Assembly: GCA_000993565.1 (NCBI GenBank)
Contig: LBWK01000002.1
Location: 4,121-68,120 of the forward strand
Direction of reading: 5' to 3'
DNA from: a candidate division WS6 bacterium GW2011_GWF2_39_15
GTDB lineage: Bacteria > Patescibacteriota > Dojkabacteria > SC72
Length of the DNA: 64,000 bases
Part shown: in pieces, positions 38,810 through 48,074 of the stretch
Numbering within the stretch: the first letter of the stretch is position 1
How the letters are laid out: every line of letters begins with the position of its first letter
Made by a program: the position numbers and the translations under genes
The notes under the pieces: generated by a model
The model's input: only the letters and a program-made list of their open reading frames with translations
Told to the model about the DNA's origin: nothing
Databases searched by the model: none

Positions 38810-41800
38810 AAAAGAGAACTTTAAGGAGTTTGACGCCCTTAAGATCACATTATCTTCTCCGGAAGATATACTTAACTGGTCATATGGTGAGGTTACAAAA
38901 GCTGAAACCATAAACTATCGAACACTTAGGCCTGAACCTGAGGGTCTTTTCTGTGAGAAGATCTTTGGACCAAGTAAGAACTACGAGTGTTACTGTGGTA
39001 AATACAAAAAGATCAGGTATAGAGGAATAGTTTGTGATAAGTGCGGTGTTGAAGTTACAACACACGATGTAAGAAGAGAAAGAATGGGACATATCAAACT
39101 CGCCGTTCCTGCCGCTCATGTATGGTTTGCATACGGGGTTCCAAACAAGATGTCTATTGTTTTGGATATGTCTCATAAGCAACTCCTCTCAGTTATATAC
39201 TACACAAGGTATATGGTTGTAGGTCTGGATAACGATAAGAGAGCAACCGCCCTTACGAGACTGGATGAAATTAGAAAGGAAGAGTTTAACACTTTAGAGT
39301 CTCAATTGAATGAGTCTCTTAAGGTTGAAGAGGAAGGTTTTGCAAATGAGAAGAAAGTGATCGAGAAGAAAGAAAAAGACGGTAAAGCTAAAGAGTTCAA
39401 AGTTAATCAGCTTGAGCATAAGAAGAATCAGTCTCTTGCAAAGATCAGAAGAGAATATGCTGAACAGGAAGAAGTCTTGCAGGCCTTCTATACCAAACTT
39501 CAGGTAATTCTTGAGAAAGTTGCCGTCGGTACTATTATTACGGAAGATGAGTTTGTAGACCTTCAGGACAGAGAACTTCTGTTCTTTGAAGCTAAGATGG
39601 GTGCAGAAGCAATTGAAACGCTTCTTAAGAATCTGGATGTTGATGCTGAGATTTCCAAACTCAGGAAACTTGTTAAGTCAGAGAAGCTTGAAAAGAAATC
39701 AAATGTAATCAGAAGACTTCAATATCTTGAAGGATTCAAGAAGAATGGAATTGAGCCGGAATGGATGGTTATGAATATACTTCCGGTTATCCCTCCAGAT
39801 CTTCGCCCTATAATCCCTCTACCAGGAGGTAAGTTTGCCACATCAGACTTGAACGACCTGTATAGAAGAATTATTAATAGAAACAATCGTTTGAGAAGAC
39901 TTATTGATATAGGTGCACCTGAAGTAATTCTTAGAAATGAGAAGAGAATGCTACAGGAGGCTGTTGATGCTTTGATTGATAACTCACATCGACCAAGTAA
40001 AGCGATGATGAATAATAAGAAGCTTCCTTATCAGTCTTTAACTGATGAGCTAAGAGGAAAGAAAGGTATTTTCAGAAGGAATCTTCTTGGAAAGCGTGTT
40101 GACTACTCTGGTCGAGCAGTAATTATTGGAGACGCAACATTGAACCTAAACCAGTGCGGTCTTCCAAAATCAATTGCACTTGAGATTTTTAAGCCATTTG
40201 TAATAAGTGAACTCCTTAGAAGAGAACTGGCACCAAACATTAGGGTTGCTAAAGATATTATTGACTCAAATGAAGATGTTATCTGGGATATTCTTGAAGG
40301 GGTCATCAATAACAGACCTGTACTTCTTAACCGTGCTCCGACCCTTCACAAATATAGTATACAGGCTTTTTATCCTAAGCTAGTTGAAGGAGAAGCAATC
40401 AGAATACATCCGTTAGTATGTAAGGCATTTAATGCCGACTTCGATGGAGACCAGATGCCTGTTCACGTTTTGTTAACAGATGATGCTGTAAGCGAAGGTA
40501 GAGGAGTTATGTTAGCTGAAAGAAACATCGTTTCAATTGCTAACGGTAAGATGCTTGCTAACCCAGCAAAGGATATGCTTCTTGGATTCTTCCTCCTTAC
40601 AGATATGATTGAGGTTGAAAAGCCAAGGATTATGGGAACATTTGAGGATGTTATCCGTGCATATATGAGAAGGTCTATTGGAATTACAGAGCAAATTATT
40701 GCAAGAGGAAAAGGTCAGACATGGAGGACAACTCCTGGAAGAATCCTCTTTAACTCCGTCCTTCCATTGGAATATGAGTTTGTAAACGAGAGAATTGATT
40801 CAAGTACTGTAGGAAAGATAGTTGATAGTGTTAAAGCTAACTACCCATTAGAGGTAGTGGTAAAACTTCTCGATGATCTTAAATCATTAGGATTTAAGTA
40901 TGCTACAAACTTGGGATTCAGTTTTGCAATGGAAGACTGTGCTGTAGATTTCGATTTAGCAAGTCAGATTAAGGGTATGGAAGAGAAAGATAAGCAGCTT
41001 CAGGAGAACTATCTCCAGGGCCTTATCACTGATCAGGAAAAGAACAAGCTCTCCACAGATATGTGGAACGACTTCGCTGATGCGTCAGGAGAAGAAGCTT
41101 GGAAGAAACTTGATAAAAATAACTCAGTGTTCGAAATGATTCAGTCAGGTGCTAACGGTGGAAAGATTCAGGCAAGACAGATCTTAACCCTTAAGGGTAT
41201 GGTTAGGGATTCCTCAGGAAACTGGGTACCTCTTCCAATCAAAGGAAACTTCAGAGATGGTCTTAATGGATTCGAGTACTTTGTAGCCGCAAACTCAGGA
41301 AGAAAGGGTATTGCAGACCGATCACTCAGAACCTCTTCCTCAGGATATCTGACTAGAAAACTTGTTGATGTAGCTCATGAAGTTATAGTTAGAGAAGAGG
41401 ATTGTGGTGTTGCAGATGGTGAGGGCCTTAGAGTCTCTAGAAATGATGACAGAAGGCTTTCATACGAAGATAGAATATTTGGAAGGTATACTGCTGAGGA
41501 AGTTAAGGATGAAAAAGGAAATATCATTGTTCCAAAGAATGAGGCAATCAGCAGAGAGCTTGCCCAGGAAATTGACAAAGCAGGTATTGATAATGTTGTT
41601 GTGAGGACACCTATAACATGTAAGACACCTCTTGGAGTATGTCAGAAATGTTACGGGTTTGATCTTGAACAGAATAAAGTTATTGAGATGGGTAAAGCTG
41701 TTGGTGTTATTGCGGCACAATCACTCGGTGAACCGGGTACTCAGATGACTATGCAGACATTCCATAAAGGTGGTGTACAGAGAACTGACATTACACAGGG

Positions 41801-42692
41801 ATTGCCTAGAATTGAGGAGCTATTCGAAGCCAGGACACCTAAGAATGAGGCAGAGATGTCAACAGTTGACGGTGTTGCTAAAATTGAGACTCAGGAAGAT
41901 GGATCGGCAACAGTAACAATCAAGGGTAAGAGAACGTTAACTAGATTCTACATTGTTTCAGATGCTAAGAAGATCAATGTGAGTCATGAGTCAAAGGTAA
42001 AGAATGGTGAGGTAATGTATCTTGATCATGAAGGAGCAGAAAGACAGGCGCCATTTGCAGGAGACGTTACAATAGAAGGCGGACTTCTTAAGCTTCAAGG
42101 AGAGAAGAAAGCAGAGGAAACTCTAAGCATTCTTCCTGGACAGGCATTAGTAATTAACGATGGAGATGAAGTTTATGCAGGACAGCAGGTTACTGAAGGA
42201 TCTCTTGATCCTAAGAAGTTAGCTATGACAACAAAGATAATGACAGCTCAGAAGTATATACTGGATGGAGTACAGAAGGTATTTAATGAGCAGGGAGTAT
42301 CTATCTCTGATGTTCATATCGAGGTAATTCTGCGACAGATGGCAAGGCTTGGAAGAGTGAGAGAATCTGGAGATTCCAGCTATCTTGTAGGAGCACTTGT
42401 AAACAGGTTTGTAGGAGATGTTAAGAACGAAATGTTGGTTGCAGAGGGTAGGAATAAAGCATTAATACTTCCAAAACTAATGGGAATCAAAGCCTCAGCT
42501 CTTTATACAGAAAGCTTCTTATCTGCTATGTCATTCGAACAGCAGGTGAAGGTACTAACCGATGCCAGTATCTTAGGGAAGATAGACTATATAAGAGGTA
42601 TGAAGGAGAGTGTAATAATTGGTAAACCAATTCCATCCGGTGAGACCGCGAGGATAGAGGATAAAACCAAGTTAGAGGAGGTTAATATTTAG
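38790..42692 (+). CDS. rpoC: DNA-directed RNA polymerase subunit beta'
   Basis: 1300 aa; 'NADFDGD' catalytic motif, Zn-binding 'CYCGKYKKIRYRGIVCDKCG', 20-nt overlap with rpoB. Confidence 0.95.
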   Translation: MMNRQSKKENFKEFDALKITLSSPEDILNWSYGEVTKAETINYRTLRPEPEGLFCEKIFGPSKNYECYCGKYKKIRYRGIVCDKCGVEVTTHDVRRERMGHIKLAVPAAHVWFAYGVPNKMSIVLDMSHKQLLSVIYYTRYMVVGLDNDKRATALTRLDEIRKEEFNTLESQLNESLKVEEEGFANEKKVIEKKEKDGKAKEFKVNQLEHKKNQSLAKIRREYAEQEEVLQAFYTKLQVILEKVAVGTIITEDEFVDLQDRELLFFEAKMGAEAIETLLKNLDVDAEISKLRKLVKSEKLEKKSNVIRRLQYLEGFKKNGIEPEWMVMNILPVIPPDLRPIIPLPGGKFATSDLNDLYRRIINRNNRLRRLIDIGAPEVILRNEKRMLQEAVDALIDNSHRPSKAMMNNKKLPYQSLTDELRGKKGIFRRNLLGKRVDYSGRAVIIGDATLNLNQCGLPKSIALEIFKPFVISELLRRELAPNIRVAKDIIDSNEDVIWDILEGVINNRPVLLNRAPTLHKYSIQAFYPKLVEGEAIRIHPLVCKAFNADFDGDQMPVHVLLTDDAVSEGRGVMLAERNIVSIANGKMLANPAKDMLLGFFLLTDMIEVEKPRIMGTFEDVIRAYMRRSIGITEQIIARGKGQTWRTTPGRILFNSVLPLEYEFVNERIDSSTVGKIVDSVKANYPLEVVVKLLDDLKSLGFKYATNLGFSFAMEDCAVDFDLASQIKGMEEKDKQLQENYLQGLITDQEKNKLSTDMWNDFADASGEEAWKKLDKNNSVFEMIQSGANGGKIQARQILTLKGMVRDSSGNWVPLPIKGNFRDGLNGFEYFVAANSGRKGIADRSLRTSSSGYLTRKLVDVAHEVIVREEDCGVADGEGLRVSRNDDRRLSYEDRIFGRYTAEEVKDEKGNIIVPKNEAISRELAQEIDKAGIDNVVVRTPITCKTPLGVCQKCYGFDLEQNKVIEMGKAVGVIAAQSLGEPGTQMTMQTFHKGGVQRTDITQGLPRIEELFEARTPKNEAEMSTVDGVAKIETQEDGSATVTIKGKRTLTRFYIVSDAKKINVSHESKVKNGEVMYLDHEGAERQAPFAGDVTIEGGLLKLQGEKKAEETLSILPGQALVINDGDEVYAGQQVTEGSLDPKKLAMTTKIMTAQKYILDGVQKVFNEQGVSISDVHIEVILRQMARLGRVRESGDSSYLVGALVNRFVGDVKNEMLVAEGRNKALILPKLMGIKASALYTESFLSAMSFEQQVKVLTDASILGKIDYIRGMKESVIIGKPIPSGETARIEDKTKLEEVNI

Positions 42693-42717
42693 TTAATATT
42701 GTAGTATAATACCAGTC

Positions 42718-43140
42718 ATGCCGACGATAAATCAGTTAATAAGAAAACCTAGAAGATCTAAGCCTGATAAGAAGAGATTCAAAGCTTTGGGAACAAACTT
42801 TAATACTCTTAAGAAAAGGTATAAGAAAGCAGACAATCCTTTTAAAAGAGGAGTGTGTTTGCAGGTAAAGACCATGACACCTAAGAAGCCTAACTCAGCT
42901 TTGCGAAAAGTTGCTAAGGTTAGACTTTCTAATGGAATGGAAATAACCGCTTATATTCCAGGGGAAGGTCACAACCTTCAGGAGCACTCAGTTGTTCTTG
43001 TCAGAGCAGGAAGAAAGAGAGACCTTCCGGGTGTAAAATATATTGTTGTAAGAGGGAAGTATGATACACAGGGTGTAAAAGGAAGAAAGAAGGCAAGGTC
43101 CAAGTACGGTGCTAAGAAAGAAAAAGCAAAAGTAGAGTAA
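42718..43140 (+). CDS. rpsL: 30S ribosomal protein S12
   Basis: '[13 protein letters not shown]...[11 protein letters not shown]'; 140 aa with a Lys/Arg-rich C-terminal extension. Confidence 0.95.
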   Translation: MPTINQLIRKPRRSKPDKKRFKALGTNFNTLKKRYKKADNPFKRGVCLQVKTMTPKKPNSALRKVAKVRLSNGMEITAYIPGEGHNLQEHSVVLVRAGRKRDLPGVKYIVVRGKYDTQGVKGRKKARSKYGAKKEKAKVE

Positions 43141-43164
43141 GTTTATATTTATTAAGTATTAGTT

Positions 43165-43632
43165 ATGAGAGGTAAGCAAGCAAAAAGAAAAGAACAGCAG
43201 AGAGATGTTAAATTTAACAGTCCTCTTGTTGCCAGATTAATAAGCAAAGTCATGCAGCACGGGAAAAAGAGTACTGCACAAGCTCTTGTATATTCAGCTC
43301 TCGATAATGCATCTAAGAAGTTCAAACTAGAGTCTGATAAGTTCCTTGAAGAGGTTGTTGCTAAAGTAAAGCCAACTCTAGAGGTCCGAAGTAGAAGAGT
43401 AGGTGGTGCAAACTATGCAGTCCCGGTGCCAGTTTCTACTGCACGACAGGAAACATTGGCTATCAGATGGATTGTTGATTATGCAAGAAAGAAGGGCGGT
43501 CAACCATTTGATAAACTCCTTGAAGCAGAATTAGTTGCTGCTTTTAATGGAGAAGGAGACGCAATGAAGAAGAGAGCAGATGTTGAGAAAATGGCGGAAG
43601 CCAACAAAGCATTTGCACACTTTAGATGGTAA
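43165..43632 (+). CDS. rpsG: 30S ribosomal protein S7
   Basis: 155 aa; 'VEVRSRRVGGANYAVPV' and C-terminal 'AFAHFRW'. Confidence 0.95.
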   Translation: MRGKQAKRKEQQRDVKFNSPLVARLISKVMQHGKKSTAQALVYSALDNASKKFKLESDKFLEEVVAKVKPTLEVRSRRVGGANYAVPVPVSTARQETLAIRWIVDYARKKGGQPFDKLLEAELVAAFNGEGDAMKKRADVEKMAEANKAFAHFRW

Positions 43633-43636
43633 TCCC

Positions 43637-44494
43637 ATGTATCCAATCCTACTGGCTTTAGGGGCGTCCTTTTTCTTCGGTTTTGAAAATGTTTTTATCA
43701 AACTCAATGTCCAGAAGAATAACAAGGCGAGTCTTCTTATGGCCAGGAGCCTGATTGGATTTTTTATCTCTTTGATTCTTGCTTATTTTTTCAGACAGGA
43801 TTTAGAGCTATGGCCAGTCATTATCACAGTGATCCTTGCTGCGATTTCTTTCTTTGCGTTTGTTTTCTACTACAAAGCTATTGATTTGGGTAACCCAAGT
43901 ATAACGGCAGCAATCGCAGTTAGCCGATTGGTCTTAATAACAATAATAGGAGTTTTTATACTTAAATATGCACTTGGGTATTTGAGTATCTTGTGGATAG
44001 TTATGATTATAACTGGGGTTGTTCTTTTAACGGTGGACTTTAAAAAGCTAAAGAGCAGGGGAAAGATCGAAAAAGCTGCAGTCAATGCTTTGATCTCCAC
44101 AGCTCTTTTTGGCATAGCTGTAGGATTTTTCTCTTACCCGATTAAACTCATAGGCCCTTATAATGTTCAGATGTTTTACACCCTAAGCCTTATAATATTT
44201 GCAGCTTTATATATGATCTACAGGGAGAAGGAATCGATTAGAGAAATAACATTGAACATGATTAAAAGCAAAGGGATTTTTCTAACTGGACTTTTTGGAT
44301 GTTTAGGGGGGCTTTCCTTTACAATAGCTTTGAACTTTGGAAATCCCAATATTTTAAATCCCATTTCTAGCTGCTCTCCGATAATTACAGCAATAATCTC
44401 ATATTTCCTGTTCAGAGAGAAACTGACTTTTCAGAAGTATATAGGTATCCTCATTACAACTCTTGGAGTTATTCTGTTAGGGTATTTCAAATAG
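43637..44494 (+). CDS. EamA/DMT-family transporter
   Basis: 10 TM helices in two 5-TM repeats. ORF-table start 43580 overlaps rpsG; the ATG at 43637 (MYPILLALG...) gives a non-overlapping start. Confidence 0.55.
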   Translation: MYPILLALGASFFFGFENVFIKLNVQKNNKASLLMARSLIGFFISLILAYFFRQDLELWPVIITVILAAISFFAFVFYYKAIDLGNPSITAAIAVSRLVLITIIGVFILKYALGYLSILWIVMIITGVVLLTVDFKKLKSRGKIEKAAVNALISTALFGIAVGFFSYPIKLIGPYNVQMFYTLSLIIFAALYMIYREKESIREITLNMIKSKGIFLTGLFGCLGGLSFTIALNFGNPNILNPISSCSPIITAIISYFLFREKLTFQKYIGILITTLGVILLGYFK

Positions 44495-44546
44495 TAAATA
44501 AGTTGAAATAGGTATCTCTGCCACGTAGAATAGCTTCTCGCTAGTA

Positions 44547-45482
44547 TTATTTTGTGCTCTCAATTCTTTTCCACCCGGTTTTTGGGACGCCTTTTCTTAG
44601 AATGATTCTCTCAATAAAGATACCTATCCAGGTAACAAGCCGTACGGGAAACATAAGAAGTGACCAGAAAAGCTCTTTTATATTTTTTGGATAGATAAGC
44701 ACAAAAAATGCATATGGTAGTTCAATCCAAAAGCTTCTGCTCTGCTTGTCTTTTTCAAAGATTCCAAGCTGTTTTAACTGTATAAATCCTCCTATGGACC
44801 TTAGTTTTTGAGTATAATAGTCTTTAAAAGTGGTAGGATATTTCACAGTGACTTTTGCTTTCGGGGCATATGCTATTTCAAATCCCTTCCTTCGTATCTC
44901 ATAGGACATATAAGCATCCTCAGTGAGTAAATCTTGTTGTAACTTTTTAATCAATCCCTTCTTTATTGATAATATATATCCGCTCATAGGGAAAAATCCT
45001 TTCCCAGAGATATAATAATCTTTAACTTTATCCAGGACGCGTGTTCTTCTATGATGAGCAGAATCTACTAGCAAGTGGCTCATATATCCGTAAAAACTAT
45101 TTCGTTTATTAGATGACACCGGCATTCCTGAGACTCCTCCGATTTTTTCGTTTTCATACGGTTTTAGAAGATGCTTTACAGAGTTTTTTTGAAAGAAGAC
45201 TTCTCCATCTGTGAGTATTAGGATGTCTCCTTTCGCTTCTTTGAATGCGAAATTTAGTGCATAGGGTTTTCCTCTGTGTGGATCAATTAGCTGTCTAAAC
45301 TTCTTACCCAGTCTGAGCGATTTTGTGGCCTTTAAACCTGCATGCAATGTTTCTTTGTCTGGTGAAATCTGAATTAGTTCAAAGTCTTTTGGAATTCCGG
45401 AATACGAAGACTTGGCTATTGATTCAATAACCTTGCCTATTGTCCCCGGCTCTTTATATGAAGTTATGATTACTGATAGCAT
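44547..45482 (-). CDS. Family-2 glycosyltransferase (non-processive type)
   Basis: 'LSVIITSYKEPG' N-terminal GT2 start, 'DILILTDGEVF' DxD-like region. Start trimmed from 45593 to the ATG at 45482 to avoid a 107-nt overlap with rplY. Confidence 0.6.
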   Translation of the reverse strand: MLSVIITSYKEPGTIGKVIESIAKSSYSGIPKDFELIQISPDKETLHAGLKATKSLRLGKKFRQLIDPHRGKPYALNFAFKEAKGDILILTDGEVFFQKNSVKHLLKPYENEKIGGVSGMPVSSNKRNSFYGYMSHLLVDSAHHRRTRVLDKVKDYYISGKGFFPMSGYILSIKKGLIKKLQQDLLTEDAYMSYEIRRKGFEIAYAPKAKVTVKYPTTFKDYYTQKLRSIGGFIQLKQLGIFEKDKQSRSFWIELPYAFFVLIYPKNIKELFWSLLMFPVRLVTWIGIFIERIILRKGVPKTGWKRIESTK

Positions 45483-45486
45483 ATGC

Positions 45487-46149
45487 TTATTCAGTTTTAT
45501 CTGTAGTCTCTCCTCCTGTCGCTTCACCCTCTGCTGGTGCTTCTGCACCTTCCTCTCCTTCAGCAGGAGTTGCAGTTGGAAGCTCTTCCTCAAGTTTCTG
45601 AAGTTGCGTAATTGTTACGATTGCACTCATTGCGTGCTCGTCGTTTGGTAGTGTCATACCCTTTGGTAGGGCAATGTCATTCATGGATATTGTTTGTCCC
45701 GGATGTTCTAGATTTGATATATCAATTTCAATCTCTGATACTAGATCTGCAAGTTTACACTTAACATCTACTGCTGGTAAGGCCTTAACAAGGATACCAA
45801 GATTATTTTTAACGGCAGGAGATATACCAGTAAGCTTGAATGGTATTGTAAATATCATCTCCTTATTTTCATCAATCTGGAAGAATGATACATGTCTAAC
45901 TTCATCTGTAATGGGATTAAAGTCGAAGTCTTTAACCACGGTTTTAATCTTTTTCCCGTCCAGTTCTGCATCAAGAATTGTTGTTGATGTTGCATGTGCT
46001 GCTAACCAGTTAGCTTCCTTTACTGTAATCTGTACATTGAATGACTCTGCTTTCTCATTGTATACGACTGCAGCTACAATTCCCTGCTTAAGAAGATGTG
46101 CTACTTTTCCGCCTGTAATTTCTCTTTTATTTAATACAATCTTTTCCAT
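45487..46149 (-). CDS. rplY: 50S ribosomal protein L25/general stress protein Ctc, with acidic C-terminal tail
   Basis: N-terminal 'LNKREITGGKVAHLLKQGIVAAVVY' L25 core; 220 aa with a Glu/Ala/Gly-rich tail. Confidence 0.7.
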   Translation of the reverse strand: MEKIVLNKREITGGKVAHLLKQGIVAAVVYNEKAESFNVQITVKEANWLAAHATSTTILDAELDGKKIKTVVKDFDFNPITDEVRHVSFFQIDENKEMIFTIPFKLTGISPAVKNNLGILVKALPAVDVKCKLADLVSEIEIDISNLEHPGQTISMNDIALPKGMTLPNDEHAMSAIVTITQLQKLEEELPTATPAEGEEGAEAPAEGEATGGETTDKTE

Positions 46150-46323
46150 ATTCAGTGAGTGAGTTTAGCAGAATTAGGTCTATTTGTCTACTAAAAATAT
46201 GGCTAATTCTGTATAATCATACCTATTGATCTTGTCTATTAGAATATGAAAAATATTGGTCTTGGTGTCCTCATTAATACTCGTGTTAGGAATAACACTT
46301 TTGTGCAAAATTATACGAAATCG

Positions 46324-46647
46324 TTAATAAATTGGAAGTCTTCCCTCTCTTCCTTCTTTAGTAATTTCTTCGACTTTTGCATTTATCCTGTCCATGATCA
46401 ATAGGGAGTCGTTTGTCCCTTTTACAATTGTAACGGCAGCCATATGGACTTGTTTCGCCATCTCTTCTGTCCCTTCTTTTGCTTCAAAAAGTGGGAAGAG
46501 TAGCTCGTTATCCGGAGTGTTTATAGCTATATACCAAAAGTCTGCGTCTTTCTTTCCCATTTCGTGATTAGAAAGAACTAACATAGTTACCTTATGATCC
46601 TTTCTCCACCATGGCCATGTTGTAGTGAATGCGGTTTCTTTGTCCAT
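46324..46647 (-). CDS. Hypothetical protein
   Basis: 107-aa ORF, no motif. Confidence 0.3.
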   Translation of the reverse strand: MDKETAFTTTWPWWRKDHKVTMLVLSNHEMGKKDADFWYIAINTPDNELLFPLFEAKEGTEEMAKQVHMAAVTIVKGTNDSLLIMDRINAKVEEITKEGREGRLPIY

Positions 46648-46703
46648 AATAATAAGAGTAATATCGCATGATTATACCCTCTTTGTGCCTTTCTATTCAA
46701 ATC

Positions 46704-46732
46704 TTGACTCTCTTTCACTGAGGTGATACTAT
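46704..46732 (+). promoter_or_regulatory. Sigma-70-type promoter of hrcA operon (-35 TTGACT, 17-nt spacer, -10 TACTAT)
   Basis: TTGACT 46704-46709; TACTAT 46727-46732. Confidence 0.5.
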
Positions 46733-46759
46733 CTAGCAATTAAATAAGTGGAGTGCTAA
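46733..46759 (+). promoter_or_regulatory. CIRCE-like inverted repeat (HrcA operator variant) CTAGCAATT-N9-GAGTGCTAA
   Basis: Right half GAGTGCTAA matches CIRCE consensus 9/9; left half matches 6/9; core TAGCA-N15-TGCTA. Located between the -10 and the hrcA ATG. Confidence 0.55.
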
Positions 46760-47485
46760 ATGCCAATATCAGAAAGACAAAAAAATATCCTTATGGCAAT
46801 CATAGAGGAATTTATGAGTAATGCTGATGAGATAGGATCAGTTGCTCTAATGAAGCGACATAATCTTGGAGTCAGTTCGGCTACTATTCGAAGTGAAATG
46901 GTCAGACTCATGGAAGAAGGTCTCCTTGAAAAGAGTCACATATCTTCCGGAAGGTTTCCGACAGATCAGGCAATTAGACTCTATGTAAAAGAAATAGCTG
47001 AAAAAAGAAGGATGTCAGCGGTTGACGAAGTTGAGATTAGGCAGGGGATATTTAAGGTGAGATTTTCTCAAGATCAGCTTATTAAAGAAATTCTTGATAT
47101 GTTAGTAAGGAAGTGTGATAGTGCCGCCTTCTTCCTCTCCGACGATGATAGAAGATATTACGGGGTCTCTTCACTTATGCATTATGAAGAGCTAAGGAAT
47201 GTAGAGATACTTCAAAGAGTATTAGATGTCCTTGAGGATAAGGATATTTTAAGAAAGATCTTTTCGAAGTACGACACCATGGACGTATCACTCCTGATTG
47301 GAGCCGAGACAGGAATAAAAGACCTTGAGAACTGTTCAATCGCTTTTACCAAGGTTGGACTTTTAAAAGGAAGGGCGGGGCATATGGGAATTATCGGGTC
47401 AAGGCGTCTCGACTATTCTAACGTAATGTCGACACTCTCTGTGATCAGGGATTCCGTAGAGAATTCTCTTAAGGGATGGAATTAG
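46760..47485 (+). CDS. hrcA: Heat-inducible transcription repressor HrcA (short form)
   Basis: N-terminal wHTH 'RQKNILMAIIEEFMSNADEIGSVALMKRHNLGVSSATIRSEMVRLMEEGLLEKSH'; first gene of hrcA-grpE-dnaK. 241 aa is shorter than typical. Confidence 0.75.
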   Translation: MPISERQKNILMAIIEEFMSNADEIGSVALMKRHNLGVSSATIRSEMVRLMEEGLLEKSHISSGRFPTDQAIRLYVKEIAEKRRMSAVDEVEIRQGIFKVRFSQDQLIKEILDMLVRKCDSAAFFLSDDDRRYYGVSSLMHYEELRNVEILQRVLDVLEDKDILRKIFSKYDTMDVSLLIGAETGIKDLENCSIAFTKVGLLKGRAGHMGIIGSRRLDYSNVMSTLSVIRDSVENSLKGWN

Positions 47486-47502
47486 TTCAATTTTAATTAA
47501 GT

Positions 47503-48057
47503 ATGAAGAGACAGAAGCAGATGAAACAAGATAAAGTACAGGATTTCGAGAAAAAGGTTCAGGAACTGGAGAAGGACCTTAAAGCCTTGGCCGGGACAAT
47601 AGACCGGGTTGAGGATGAAAAACTTGTTATGCAAAACCAGCTTAAAAAGGCGCTTGCCGATTATAGCAATCTTGAGAGAGACATTGAAAAGAGAGTCGAG
47701 CTGAGATCTTTACAAACCAAGATAAGTATTGCCAGAGCACTTTTAAATAGTCTTGATGATATTAACTTTGCACTGGTGAACTCTGAAAAACTCGATCTCA
47801 ATGATGAGGCAAAGAAATGGATTGAAGGTATAAAAGCAACTCTTTTTGATATTGAGAAAGCAGTTGCCCAGTTTAATATCACAAAAATGGATGTGAAAAA
47901 GGGTGATAAGTATGATTCAAATATGCACGAGGCATTAGCTACAGTGCCTGAAGGAGAAGCTGGAATGATCTATGACATCGTTCAACCGGGTTTTGTGTTG
48001 GGCGATATTATAGTTAGGCCTGCAAGGGTCGTAATTAGTCAACCTAAAAATAACTAA
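47503..48057 (+). CDS. grpE: Nucleotide exchange factor GrpE
   Basis: Coiled-coil N-terminus, C-terminal beta domain '...DIVQPGFVLGDIIVRPARVVI'; between hrcA and dnaK. Confidence 0.8.
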   Translation: MKRQKQMKQDKVQDFEKKVQELEKDLKALAGTIDRVEDEKLVMQNQLKKALADYSNLERDIEKRVELRSLQTKISIARALLNSLDDINFALVNSEKLDLNDEAKKWIEGIKATLFDIEKAVAQFNITKMDVKKGDKYDSNMHEALATVPEGEAGMIYDIVQPGFVLGDIIVRPARVVISQPKNN

Positions 48058-48074
48058 ATTATTATTAAACAACA

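Noticed and set aside
35893-41720. Multiple 60-110-aa ORFs on both strands
   Set aside because: All are embedded within rpoB and rpoC; shadow ORFs.
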